Shown: piece after piece, positions 1 through 9,494 of the stretch
Numbering within the stretch: position 1 is the stretch's first letter
Layout: each line of letters opens with the position of its first letter
Assembly (NCBI GenBank): GCA_028282585.1
Contig: JANQHR010000020.1
Coordinates: forward strand, 55,212-119,211
Direction of reading: 5' to 3'
Origin: Bacteroidales bacterium
GTDB taxonomy: Bacteria > Bacteroidota > Bacteroidia > Bacteroidales > UBA12077
Length of the DNA: 64,000 nt
Notes under the pieces: model-generated
Told to the model about the DNA's origin: nothing
The model's database searches: none
Seen by the model: only the letters and a program-made list of their open reading frames with translations
Program-made: the position numbers and the translations under genes

Positions 1-161
1 GCAGTATATTTACAAAACAGCGCATGGGAAATTGAGTTTAAAAATGAAAAATATGTAATTGTTCCGAATAATGCGATTTTAATGCTTATTAGAGATAATG
101 GGCTTTTTGAATAGAAATTTAAAACATAAAAACTCTAACGGGGTTAATATTAATTAGTTTT

Positions 162-1580
162 TTACCAAAACTTAATTTTTCCTGCTGCATACCAACACAT
201 GCGTAATAACAAAAATCCATGTCGAAAACGTGAAATATTTGTATCACCATAGGTTCTCTCTCTATAACGGATTGGCAAATCAATAATCTTTAAGTTTAAT
301 TTGTAAGCACCAAAGAGTAAATCATAGTCCCCAAAAGGATCAAACTCACCAAAGAATTTTCTATTTGCTTGTAAACGAATATAATCATCACGAAACATCA
401 CTTTTGTTCCGCATAAAGTATCTTTTATTGGTTGTTCCAATAACCAGCTAAATAACCAACTGAAAAATTTATTCCCCACCGTATTAAAAAAACGCATAGC
501 TTCTTTTTCCATCGGATATACCAGACGCGAACCATTTATAAACTCGCCCTTTCCTGATGTAATCGCTTCATAAAACTTTGGGATATCTTCCGGTGGTACA
601 GTTAAATCTGCATCAAGTATCATTAAAATGTCTCCTGTTGCCATTGAATAACCCTTTCGAACCGCATCACCTTTACCTTTTCCATCTTGCTGGGCAATTT
701 TTATATCATGCGTATCTTTATATTTCTCTTGAACTTTTTGAATCGTATCCCACGTATCATCTGTAGAATTACCTTCAACATAAATGATTTCGATGTGCTT
801 TCCAAATTTAGGTAATCTCTTTATTGCATCTTCAATATTGCCACTTTCATTTCGTGCTGGGATAACAATTGTTGTAGAATATTCTTCTCTTCTATTTTCT
901 TTTTGATGAAAAATTGGACGCGCATTTATAAATCTACTAACACACAATGAATTAAAAAGAGGTAATCGTGCTATATATCGATTGAATAAATAAGATAACA
1001 CCGGAATATTTATCGGTAACAAAAATCGATTTGTAGCTCTAAATGATTCAAAATCGCTTAAATAAAGTATGTTTTCTATATCCTTTTTGGTTAACCAACT
1101 CTGTTTAGGGCTTTTCTTTTTTAACCGTAAAAATTCACCTAACTTTAAAAAAGGCTCCCATAAAAAATTATAATATGAGATTAGAATTCGAGTATGGGGA
1201 AAACAAATATTCTTAATACTTTCAAAAACTTCAGTTAAATTATCGAAGTATCCAATTACTCCAGACAATATAATAACATCAAATTTTCTATTTAATTGAA
1301 TATCCTCTGCATCCTGTATATAAAACTCTAGTTCAGGAAATAAAGTTTTCGCCTCACTAATCATTTTCTCACTAAAATCTATCCCAACCTTAGTATCTCC
1401 TTTTAATCTGGATAACAAGGCTCCATTACCACAGCCTATTTCCAATATTGAATTATCTTTATTTAAATAAAAATTAAAATATTTTGAAATATCATTATAG
1501 TAGTATTTAAATTTTCCCTGATATTTTAGATACCCTTGAGCAATTGAGTCGAAATACATTTTAATATTATCTTTTCTCAT
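162..1580 (-). CDS. Fused class I SAM-dependent methyltransferase (N-term) + GT2 glycosyltransferase (DPM1-like, C-term)
   Basis: N-terminal LEIGCGNG SAM-binding motif; C-terminal TIVIPARNE...GKGDAVRKG...ILDADL (DxD) GT2 motifs. Confidence 0.88.
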   Translation of the reverse strand: MRKDNIKMYFDSIAQGYLKYQGKFKYYYNDISKYFNFYLNKDNSILEIGCGNGALLSRLKGDTKVGIDFSEKMISEAKTLFPELEFYIQDAEDIQLNRKFDVIILSGVIGYFDNLTEVFESIKNICFPHTRILISYYNFLWEPFLKLGEFLRLKKKSPKQSWLTKKDIENILYLSDFESFRATNRFLLPINIPVLSYLFNRYIARLPLFNSLCVSRFINARPIFHQKENRREEYSTTIVIPARNESGNIEDAIKRLPKFGKHIEIIYVEGNSTDDTWDTIQKVQEKYKDTHDIKIAQQDGKGKGDAVRKGYSMATGDILMILDADLTVPPEDIPKFYEAITSGKGEFINGSRLVYPMEKEAMRFFNTVGNKFFSWLFSWLLEQPIKDTLCGTKVMFRDDYIRLQANRKFFGEFDPFGDYDLLFGAYKLNLKIIDLPIRYRERTYGDTNISRFRHGFLLLRMCWYAAGKIKFW

Positions 1581-1587
1581 AACCTAT

Positions 1588-2337
1588 CTAACCTTCATCT
1601 TTTTCCACTATAATTGTTGCAAACATAGCTAAATTATTTTTTAACAATGGGGTTTGTTTTTCAAAAAAACGAACAATTCTGATCATAAAATCAGGTAAAA
1701 AAGCCTTTCTTGAAAATCCACCGGTTAATAAATAAGTAAAAGGCGTATGCAAATCCAGCCTTTTAAGTTTTAGCTTTGGGAAACCTTCTTGAAACCGATT
1801 TAAATCTCTGCAAAAGATAATATATGGTAATGCCATATTTGATCCGCTTAAAGGACCATTAGTTGGAAATGACCAGTCTCGATTTAAATCAAAAAGCTCA
1901 TGGTGGAACCTTTTATAAATAAATTTCGACCAACTTGTATTCCAAGGCTCAATTGCAACTATTTTCCCACCATTTTTTAAAATCCTTTGTGCTTCATGAA
2001 AAAACTTTTCAACCTCCGGAAAGTGATGTAGAGCATCAATCATAAATATACCCGAAACTGAATTATTCTCAAATGGCATATTTGATGCGGAAAAATATTG
2101 ATCTACTCCAGGTATTCTGTTTATATCAGAAGTAATAACCCGTGGAATAACATTCTTAATAAATCCTCCACCAGATCCTAACTCAAGGTAAAGAGAATTT
2201 TCCTGTATATATTGCTTAAAAATCTCATACCATTCCTGATATAATTCTTTTAAACTTTTCTTTTCCATAAGAATCTTTCGATGTTCCAGGCTTCTTTTTG
2301 GATCATCTAGACTATACTCAAATCGATAAGTTCTCAT
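1588..2337 (-). CDS. Class I SAM-dependent methyltransferase
   Basis: LELGSGGG motif I, MPFENNSV...DALHHF...RILKNGG. Confidence 0.85.
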   Translation of the reverse strand: MRTYRFEYSLDDPKRSLEHRKILMEKKSLKELYQEWYEIFKQYIQENSLYLELGSGGGFIKNVIPRVITSDINRIPGVDQYFSASNMPFENNSVSGIFMIDALHHFPEVEKFFHEAQRILKNGGKIVAIEPWNTSWSKFIYKRFHHELFDLNRDWSFPTNGPLSGSNMALPYIIFCRDLNRFQEGFPKLKLKRLDLHTPFTYLLTGGFSRKAFLPDFMIRIVRFFEKQTPLLKNNLAMFATIIVEKDEG

Positions 2338-3995
2338 TAATAGATAATCTCAAATAAATACGCTTTTTCGTCAGCACCTATTGTCTGAATATGCTTAATT
2401 TTTTGTGGGTATTTCTTCTGTATATAATATAAATATCTTTGAACTGTATTAATTGTATACTCAGTTTTTTGTTTGGGATATTTTCTAAGGCTTCCCATTA
2501 TAACATACTTAACATTTTTTTCCTTCAATGCATTTAATAATTCATCAGGATCTTCAGTTTCAATTCTGTAAATTCCATAAAATTTACGTTTTGCATAAAT
2601 AAAAGAAATACTTGGTTTTCTGCATGCAATTAAAATATCTTCAGAAATATTTTTTGCAGCCCATTGGCTCATTTTTATGTAATTTATCCAATCAGGTGTC
2701 ATACCGTAAAACTCATTTCCAGCTAATGATTGCATTAAGTATTCATCATTTGCTTGTACTTTTTTTGTTAATACATTCAAATTTGTAAAAAACATAATGA
2801 TAAAAAGAACGGGTAATAAAAATTGAATAATCTTGTACGACTTTTGCTTACCTAAGTAATATAGGCCTGAAAATAAGAACAACAAAATTAATGGTAAATA
2901 AACTAAAATTAGGCGATCTTGATCCCAAAGAGTTTGGACTATAATGAAAGTAATTCCTATTAAAACTACTAAATATATTCCGGTAAATAACAAGAACTTA
3001 TTTTTCTTGAAAGCATAATAAATTGCTATAATAAATAATACATAAATTATTAATGTTAAAATTGTCTTAGGTTCTAAAATCTCGGGACGAAAACCGAGAA
3101 ATTTATAAATATGCTTTGAAAAATAAAGATTGGAATTTTCCAAAAACCTTTCTATAAACCCACCAAAATCTTCTTTGCCTTTTGAAACATTAAAAGGATC
3201 CACCCGCATTAATGTATCTAATTGAGATGAAAATTGAGGTGCTTTAATTTGAAATATGATATTTTTAATTGTGGAAAACAGTCCAAATTCCAAAGCAAAT
3301 GCTCCTGTTGTGAATAAAGCACTTTTCCATCGTAAGGTTACTAAAAAAAATAAAATTACTGCTATAAAGGCACCATAACCAATGCTGCGTGTTAATCCAA
3401 GAAATAAAAGAAACATAGCTAAAATAAGGTATCTACCCCATGCCTCTTTTATACCAAAATCCTTTTCTTTTGAAACAAACTCCTTGAAAAAATAGAAAAA
3501 GAAAAATGCCTGTAAAAATAAATAAAAAGCCTCTGAATAAGTTTGGCTGGAATAATAAAGGACATAAGCGTTAAAAGAAATAATAATCATAACATATATC
3601 AGTAAAAATCCCGAAACACGTCCTTTAAATGCCTTGTAAAAAAAGTATAACTGAAAAATAATTGAAATTAATGATAACGATTTTAATAAAGTAATATTTA
3701 ATCCAAAAATCCAAATAAAAACACTTAAAACCATTGGGTAAAGAGGCCCTTGAAATGAAGGAAACTTAAATTCCTTTAATAAATCATAGGCTCTTAAGAT
3801 ATATGCTGAGTCATCTCCTGCCTCACTTACTCTGAAATTGAATAGCAAAAAAGAAAAAAGAAGTGTAAAAAATAAAGATATCCAGAAAAATATATTTCCA
3901 TGTTTATCAAAGAACTTATCTGCTTTCTCAAAGAAACCTTTAGATTTTGATTCTACGCTTTGTTTGGCTTTTAATTTTTGTTTGTGTTTTGACAT
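2337..3995 (-). CDS. Polytopic membrane protein, probable GT-C (ArnT/PMT-like) glycosyltransferase
   Basis: About 11-12 hydrophobic segments; GDDSAY after TM1, GPLYP, YSEAFY, DRLILVYLP motifs typical of GT-C proteins; soluble C-terminal domain. Confidence 0.65.
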   Translation of the reverse strand: MSKHKQKLKAKQSVESKSKGFFEKADKFFDKHGNIFFWISLFFTLLFSFLLFNFRVSEAGDDSAYILRAYDLLKEFKFPSFQGPLYPMVLSVFIWIFGLNITLLKSLSLISIIFQLYFFYKAFKGRVSGFLLIYVMIIISFNAYVLYYSSQTYSEAFYLFLQAFFFFYFFKEFVSKEKDFGIKEAWGRYLILAMFLLFLGLTRSIGYGAFIAVILFFLVTLRWKSALFTTGAFALEFGLFSTIKNIIFQIKAPQFSSQLDTLMRVDPFNVSKGKEDFGGFIERFLENSNLYFSKHIYKFLGFRPEILEPKTILTLIIYVLFIIAIYYAFKKNKFLLFTGIYLVVLIGITFIIVQTLWDQDRLILVYLPLILLFLFSGLYYLGKQKSYKIIQFLLPVLFIIMFFTNLNVLTKKVQANDEYLMQSLAGNEFYGMTPDWINYIKMSQWAAKNISEDILIACRKPSISFIYAKRKFYGIYRIETEDPDELLNALKEKNVKYVIMGSLRKYPKQKTEYTINTVQRYLYYIQKKYPQKIKHIQTIGADEKAYLFEIIY

Positions 3996-4041
3996 AATTT
4001 CTCTTTCCGGATTAATATTTTATAGTCTTTATCTACCTACA

Positions 4042-4049
4042 CAAATGTA
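4042..4049 (-). promoter_or_regulatory. Bacteroidota sigma70 -7 element (TACATTTG) for the GT-C/methyltransferase operon
   Basis: Matches TAnnTTTG about 46 nt upstream of the ATG at 3995. Confidence 0.5.
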
Positions 4050-4094
4050 AAAAATAAATCCAAAAAGAATTAGTAATCTTAATAAGGTAAGAAC

Positions 4095-4119
4095 AAAAAA
4101 GCGGGACTTTACCCGCTTT
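4095..4119 (-). terminator. Intrinsic terminator after hsp20
   Basis: AAAGCGGG-N6-CCCGCTTT stem followed by a T-run on the minus strand, just after the hsp20 stop. Confidence 0.75.
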
Positions 4120-4123
4120 AGCA

Positions 4124-4555
4124 TCAAGAAATTTTAATTTCTCTTGTTAGTTTTTCTTTTGCCTCTTCTTTTTTAGGAATCTCTATTGTAAGAATTCCAT
4201 CTTTATGATTTGCTTTAATTTTACCCTGATCTACACTATCCGGTAAACTGAATGATCTTTGGAATGAACTGTAGCTAAACTCTCTTCTAATGTATTTTTC
4301 TTTTTCATCCATATGTTTTGCTTTCTTCTCAGATGAAATAGTTAATACTCTATTATTTAAATCAATTTTAAAATCCCTCTTTTCCAATCCAGGAGCAGCA
4401 ACTTCAATCATAAACTCATCAGTATTTTCTAATACATTTACTTCTGGAATCGTCTTGTTTACAGAAGAATCAAAAAAGTCAGATAAAAGATCCTTTCCAA
4501 AAAAATCGTCAGTAAAGCTTGGCAAAAATCTACGGTTTCTTAACATTGGTATCAT
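4124..4555 (-). CDS. Small heat-shock protein, Hsp20/alpha-crystallin family
   Basis: EVAAPGLEKRDFKI...RREFSYSSFQRSFSLP...ANHKDGILTIEIPK. Confidence 0.95.
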   Translation of the reverse strand: MIPMLRNRRFLPSFTDDFFGKDLLSDFFDSSVNKTIPEVNVLENTDEFMIEVAAPGLEKRDFKIDLNNRVLTISSEKKAKHMDEKEKYIRREFSYSSFQRSFSLPDSVDQGKIKANHKDGILTIEIPKKEEAKEKLTREIKIS

Positions 4556-4610
4556 CGTTTAGTCCTCCTATAATTTTAATAAAACATCAATTAAATTCAC
4601 GCTTACTATT

Positions 4611-4625
4611 TCAACTTTTGTACCA
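4611..4625 (-). promoter_or_regulatory. Candidate sigma54 (-24/-12) promoter of hsp20
   Basis: Minus strand reads TGGTAC-AAAAG-TTGA, matching TGGCAC-N5-TTGC spacing. Confidence 0.5.
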
Positions 4626-4791
4626 TTCAATAATTAAGAAAATTTGTCAGTTAAATACCAGTAAAACAAGACTTTATGTCTCATTTGCAACATTAAACCC
4701 TGTCATTATTTCAGATTTTTACTGTAAGTTTATATAATAGAATATGATTTACCTTATCTTTTGTATTTTTACTTTATTAAAATCAACTAAA

Positions 4792-7002
4792 ATGAAAATA
4801 TATTTAGATTATAATGCCACCACTCCAATAGATAAAGAGGTAGTGCAAGCAATGCAACCTTATTTATCTAATTATTTTGGTAATCCATCCAGTTCACACA
4901 GTTTCGGTATTGAAACAAAAAAAGCCGTTGAAAATGCAAGGAAACAAGTGGCAACACTCATAAATTGTAAACCTCATGAGATTATATTTACGAGTGGAGG
5001 CTCAGAATCGAACAACTATGCTATTAAAGGCGTTGCATATGCTTATGAAAATCGTGGTAATCATATAATTACTTCAACTATTGAGCATCCTGCCGTAGTT
5101 GAAGTATGTAAGTACCTGGAAAGAAAAGGATTCAGGATTTCGTATATTCCTGTTGATGAACATGGTACCATAAATTTGGAAAAACTTGAAAAAGCTATAA
5201 CTAAACAAACTATCCTGATAACAATAATGCATGCTAATAATGAAATTGGAACTATTCAACCATTATCTGAAATAGCAAAAATTGCGAAAAGAAATAATAT
5301 TTACTTTCACACCGATGCTGCTCAATCTACCGGTAAATACCCTGTGGATGTAAAAAAAATGGAGGTTGATCTATTATCAATTGCAGGACACAAGTTATAT
5401 GCCCCGAAAGGAATTGGTGCGCTTTATATTAAGGATGGTATCCAACTTGAAAAATTGATTCATGGCGCTGATCATGAACAAAATAAAAGGGCCGGAACAG
5501 AAAATGTGCTGGAAATTGTTGGATTAGGAAAAGCTTGTGATATTGCTCACCGATATATGTATAGGAACATAACCCATATGCATTCCGTGCGAAACTTATT
5601 ATTTAGTAATTTAAAAAAAGAATTACCTGTAATAAAACTTAATGGTCATCCCGAAAGAAGATTACCAAATACCTTAAATATTAGTTTTCCAAAAATTGAA
5701 GCCAATATTTTATTAAACGAACTAGAACTAAACGGAATTGCAGCTTCTGCCGGAGCAGCATGCCATACCGACTCAGTTGATATTTCCCCTGTACTATCTG
5801 CTATAAAATTAAATACCAGCTATGCAATGGGCACTATTCGATTTTCGCTTGGTAAGAATACAACAGAAGATGAAGTTAATCGTGCTTCACGAATAATAAT
5901 TGACACAGTAAATAAATTCAATCCGGATAAAAAGGAATTAAATGAGATAACACCTGATTTTTCAAACATTAGGTTAACTAAATATACACAGAGGCTTGGA
6001 TGTGCATGTAAATTAAGACCGCAAGAACTCGAAAAAATTCTGAAAGACCTACCTTTGACTAATGATCCTAATATCTTAATTGATACCAGCAAATCGGATG
6101 ATGCTGCTGTATATAAGATCAATAAAGAAATCGCATTGGTTCAAACAACAGACTTCTTTGCGCCGATTGTAAATAATCCTTATGATTTCGGAGCAATAGC
6201 AGCAGCTAATGCATTAAGCGATATATACGCCATGGGAGCTAAACCATTATTTGCGTTAAATATAGTTGGGTTTCCATCAAACAAGTTACCTATAGAAGTA
6301 TTGCAGGAAATTCTTAAGGGAGCTAACGATAAAGCACGCGAAGCTGGAATCAATATTGCAGGAGGACACACCATTGAAGATACTGAACCTAAATATGGCA
6401 TGGTTGTAAATGGAATTATTCATCCGGATAATATTTGGACAAACGCAAATGCTCAAGTTAATGATGCAATAATTTTAACTAAACCCATCGGACTAGGGAT
6501 AATAACAACTGCGTTAAAACGGGGCTTAATTAATGCAGAAACTGAACGAAAAATTACCCAAATAATGTCAACCTTAAATAAGTATTCTGCAGAAGTAATG
6601 AATAAATTTGATATAAACGCATGTACAGACATAACTGGTTTTGGCTTATTAGGGCACTTATCAGAATTAACGCTTGCTAGTAAAGTAGATGTTGAAATAG
6701 CTATTAACAATATTCCAATCATTGAAGAAGCAAGAGAATTTGGGGCCAGCAACCTCATACCCGGTAGTACGTTAAACAATCTTAAGTATTTCTCAAGGTA
6801 TGTTGATTGGTATGATGATATTTCCGATTTGGAAAAATCTATTTTATGCGATGCACAAACTTCCGGTGGGTTATTGTTTACAGTTCCAATGTCACAAAAA
6901 GATGAAATACTGGAAAAATTAACTGAAGCAGGAATTGAAAACGCCTCACATATTGGAAGTTGCGTAACAAAAGGAGAAGGTATAATAACCGTAAAAAAAT
7001 AG
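4792..7002 (+). CDS. selD: Cysteine desulfurase/selenocysteine lyase (NifS-like) - selenide,water dikinase (SelD) fusion
   Basis: N-term YLDYNATTP, AGHKLYAPKG (PLP Lys), ASAGAACH (catalytic Cys); C-term RLTKY...GCACK, DDAAVY, ANALSDIYAMG, GGHT, DITGFGLLGH, DAQTSGGLL. Start placed at ATG 4792 (MKIYLDY). Confidence 0.93.
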   Translation: MKIYLDYNATTPIDKEVVQAMQPYLSNYFGNPSSSHSFGIETKKAVENARKQVATLINCKPHEIIFTSGGSESNNYAIKGVAYAYENRGNHIITSTIEHPAVVEVCKYLERKGFRISYIPVDEHGTINLEKLEKAITKQTILITIMHANNEIGTIQPLSEIAKIAKRNNIYFHTDAAQSTGKYPVDVKKMEVDLLSIAGHKLYAPKGIGALYIKDGIQLEKLIHGADHEQNKRAGTENVLEIVGLGKACDIAHRYMYRNITHMHSVRNLLFSNLKKELPVIKLNGHPERRLPNTLNISFPKIEANILLNELELNGIAASAGAACHTDSVDISPVLSAIKLNTSYAMGTIRFSLGKNTTEDEVNRASRIIIDTVNKFNPDKKELNEITPDFSNIRLTKYTQRLGCACKLRPQELEKILKDLPLTNDPNILIDTSKSDDAAVYKINKEIALVQTTDFFAPIVNNPYDFGAIAAANALSDIYAMGAKPLFALNIVGFPSNKLPIEVLQEILKGANDKAREAGINIAGGHTIEDTEPKYGMVVNGIIHPDNIWTNANAQVNDAIILTKPIGLGIITTALKRGLINAETERKITQIMSTLNKYSAEVMNKFDINACTDITGFGLLGHLSELTLASKVDVEIAINNIPIIEEAREFGASNLIPGSTLNNLKYFSRYVDWYDDISDLEKSILCDAQTSGGLLFTVPMSQKDEILEKLTEAGIENASHIGSCVTKGEGIITVKK

Positions 7003-7064
7003 TTGATATCTACTTAAAACATTTCAGAGATCATAGCGTTTTAAATTAAATAAAAACTTTAGCT

Positions 7065-7562
7065 ATGAAAAATACAAAAACACTTACCATATTGATATTG
7101 GCTCTTCTATTTACGGGAACATGTTATGCACAAAGTAAAATCCCAGTTTTAAATAAAGAGATTGTAAAATATTTAAAAACAGTAAAAGGAAAGAAAGTAG
7201 ATCGTGGAGAATGTTGGGATCTTGCATATCAGGCACTAACAAGGGTTGATGCTGATTGGGATATGGCTTATGTTTATGGTGACCCTATTGATCCATCGAA
7301 AGATGAAGTATTTCCAGGAGACCTGATTCAATTCGAAAATATAAAAACGCAATATACAGAAGGAAATACAACTTATACCTCAATTATGGCTCACCATACC
7401 GCAATAGTTTATAAGGTTTTGGAAAAAGGCGTTTATGAGATTGCTCATCAAAACACTGAATTCTCAGGTAGAAAAGTTGGTGTAAATGTTTTAAATTTAA
7501 ATCACATTATTCAAGGTGATATTTACTTTTACCGACCAACAAAGAACAGAAAGGATGGATAA
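7065..7562 (+). CDS. Secreted protein with CHAP/NlpC-P60-like cysteine-protease fold
   Basis: Signal peptide (CYA/Q); GECWDLA...PGDLIQF...HHTAIV...HQN pattern gives a Cys-His-(Gln/Asn) triad. Confidence 0.6.
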   Translation: MKNTKTLTILILALLFTGTCYAQSKIPVLNKEIVKYLKTVKGKKVDRGECWDLAYQALTRVDADWDMAYVYGDPIDPSKDEVFPGDLIQFENIKTQYTEGNTTYTSIMAHHTAIVYKVLEKGVYEIAHQNTEFSGRKVGVNVLNLNHIIQGDIYFYRPTKNRKDG

Positions 7563-8298
7563 CAGATGGAATCTTTCAAATAAAAAAGCTTTAATTACCG
7601 GAGGAACCAAAGGAATTGGATTAGCAATTGCTAAAGAATTTATTGAATTAGGTGCTGAAATAACTATTGTCTCAAGAAACGAGCCAAAAGAGTTTTCTAA
7701 CAGTAAAGTTCATTTTATAAAAACAGACTTAAGTAACGTAACAGGACTGAAAAGACTTGTAAACCAGGTTAAGCAAAAGTGGGATTACCTTGATATTTTA
7801 GTTAATAACGTTGGAATGAATATTCGTAAAAAAACAGAAGAGTATTCAAAACAAGAGTATGATAAGATTATTAATACGAACTTATTTTCGACTTTCGAAC
7901 TTAGCTGCCTTTGTTATCCGCTTTTAAAGAAATCAGAACAGGGGAATATTGTAAATATTTCCTCTGTGGCGGGACAAAAACACATTAAAACCGGATCGAT
8001 TTATGGAATGACGAAAGCTGCAATGATTCAACTTACTAAGAATCTTGCGGTTGAGTGGGCAGAAGAAGGAATCAGAGTAAATGCTGTTGCACCCTGGTAT
8101 ATAAAAACACCATTAGCAGAAACCGTATTAAAAAATAAGGGTTATTATAATGAAGTTATTGCAAGAACACCATTGAAGAAAATCGGAGATCCTAAGGATG
8201 TAGCGGCTACCGTAGCTTTTTTATGCATGCCGGCCGCAGCATATATTACCGGACAATGCTTAAGCGTTGATGGTGGATTTACTATTCATGGATTTTAA
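7555..8298 (+). CDS. SDR oxidoreductase (tropinone reductase-like)
   Basis: TGGTKGIG, NNVG, YGMTK, NAVAPWYIKT; start placed at ATG 7555, overlapping the upstream stop. Confidence 0.9.
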   Translation: MDNRWNLSNKKALITGGTKGIGLAIAKEFIELGAEITIVSRNEPKEFSNSKVHFIKTDLSNVTGLKRLVNQVKQKWDYLDILVNNVGMNIRKKTEEYSKQEYDKIINTNLFSTFELSCLCYPLLKKSEQGNIVNISSVAGQKHIKTGSIYGMTKAAMIQLTKNLAVEWAEEGIRVNAVAPWYIKTPLAETVLKNKGYYNEVIARTPLKKIGDPKDVAATVAFLCMPAAAYITGQCLSVDGGFTIHGF

Positions 8299-9494
8299 TC
8301 TAAACAATATTTGTCTAAATTTTCAGCTGCATTGTAGCTCCCATATCTTTTACCTTTTATCCAATCAGAACATGCACCTTTTTTATCTCCTAACCTATAT
8401 CTTGCAATTCCCTTTTTGTTATAAACTTCACCAGACCTTGGGTAAATATCAAGAAACATGGAATAATCCTGAACAGCATATTTGTAAGTATTTGTAGCAG
8501 AATAAATGTCTCCTCTTAATTCAAAAAATTCTTTATTACTCTTTTGTTCAAAAGCTTGATTTATCTTTTTTAAAGCTGTGTGATAATCTTTATTCCTAAA
8601 ACAAGCTTTACTATTTAAATAGAGTACATCAGGATTATTTGGTTTTACTTCCAAAATTGAGGATGAAAGCTTTTGAGCCTCATCATAATATTCCATCTTA
8701 AAAAGTAAATCTGCTTTTTGAACATAATAATCGATTTCATAAGGATTCATTCGAATTAACTTGTTCAGATCAAATAAGGCTAATTCATAATCATTTAATT
8801 CCTTTAAGAGATTGATTCTTTGCATGTAATATTCAGGTTTCGATTTTTTTAAACTAATTGCCAGGTTAATCTCTCTTTTAGCTCCTTGAATATCTTTTTC
8901 TTTTTGTAAAAGTAAACTTTTAAAATAATGAGCGTCAGAAACATTCCAATTTCTAGCAATTATTTCATCTGTAATAAATAAAGCCTGTACAAAGTTCTTT
9001 TCACTAATTAATCGTTCAACCTGATATAGTTGTTTATCCGTTTGAGAATAGTATCCTGATGATAAAACATAATCATCTAAATCGTAATTTGACAACAACA
9101 CAAATTCATCAGAATTTAATATTTCGTATAAAGGAATTTTATAATATGATTTAAGATTTTTAGTTAAGGCTTCTTTTAACTTATTTTCATCACCTAACAT
9201 AAGATAAACTTTAACTCTTAAAGAACTTGCATAATTCGGTTTTAATTTATCAAGTTTATCACAAAGAATCAAGGCATTTTCCAAGTCATTCAATTCGAAA
9301 TAAGTTTCTGCAAGCAATCTATAAAATTCTGGTTTTGGATGGTTTATAATTAAATTCTCCAAGGAATCAATAGCAACGGAATAATTTTCATTTTCAAAAT
9401 CAATAAAGGGTTTAATCTCTTCAACTCTTAAATTTTGAGAAAAGGTTAATATTGGAATAAAAATAAATATTGCAATTAAATGTCCCTTATTCAT
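8295..9494 (-). CDS. Secreted tetratricopeptide-repeat protein
   Basis: Signal peptide from ATG 9494; multiple TPRs; Bacteroidota-type C-terminal GDKKGACSDW...YC end. Confidence 0.8.
   Translation of the reverse strand: MNKGHLIAIFIFIPILTFSQNLRVEEIKPFIDFENENYSVAIDSLENLIINHPKPEFYRLLAETYFELNDLENALILCDKLDKLKPNYASSLRVKVYLMLGDENKLKEALTKNLKSYYKIPLYEILNSDEFVLLSNYDLDDYVLSSGYYSQTDKQLYQVERLISEKNFVQALFITDEIIARNWNVSDAHYFKSLLLQKEKDIQGAKREINLAISLKKSKPEYYMQRINLLKELNDYELALFDLNKLIRMNPYEIDYYVQKADLLFKMEYYDEAQKLSSSILEVKPNNPDVLYLNSKACFRNKDYHTALKKINQAFEQKSNKEFFELRGDIYSATNTYKYAVQDYSMFLDIYPRSGEVYNKKGIARYRLGDKKGACSDWIKGKRYGSYNAAENLDKYCLD

Noticed and set aside
5960-6015. Selenocysteine (UGA) in the SelD active site
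   Set aside because: The codons are TGT-GCA-TGT-AAA, so both positions are Cys; no in-frame UGA
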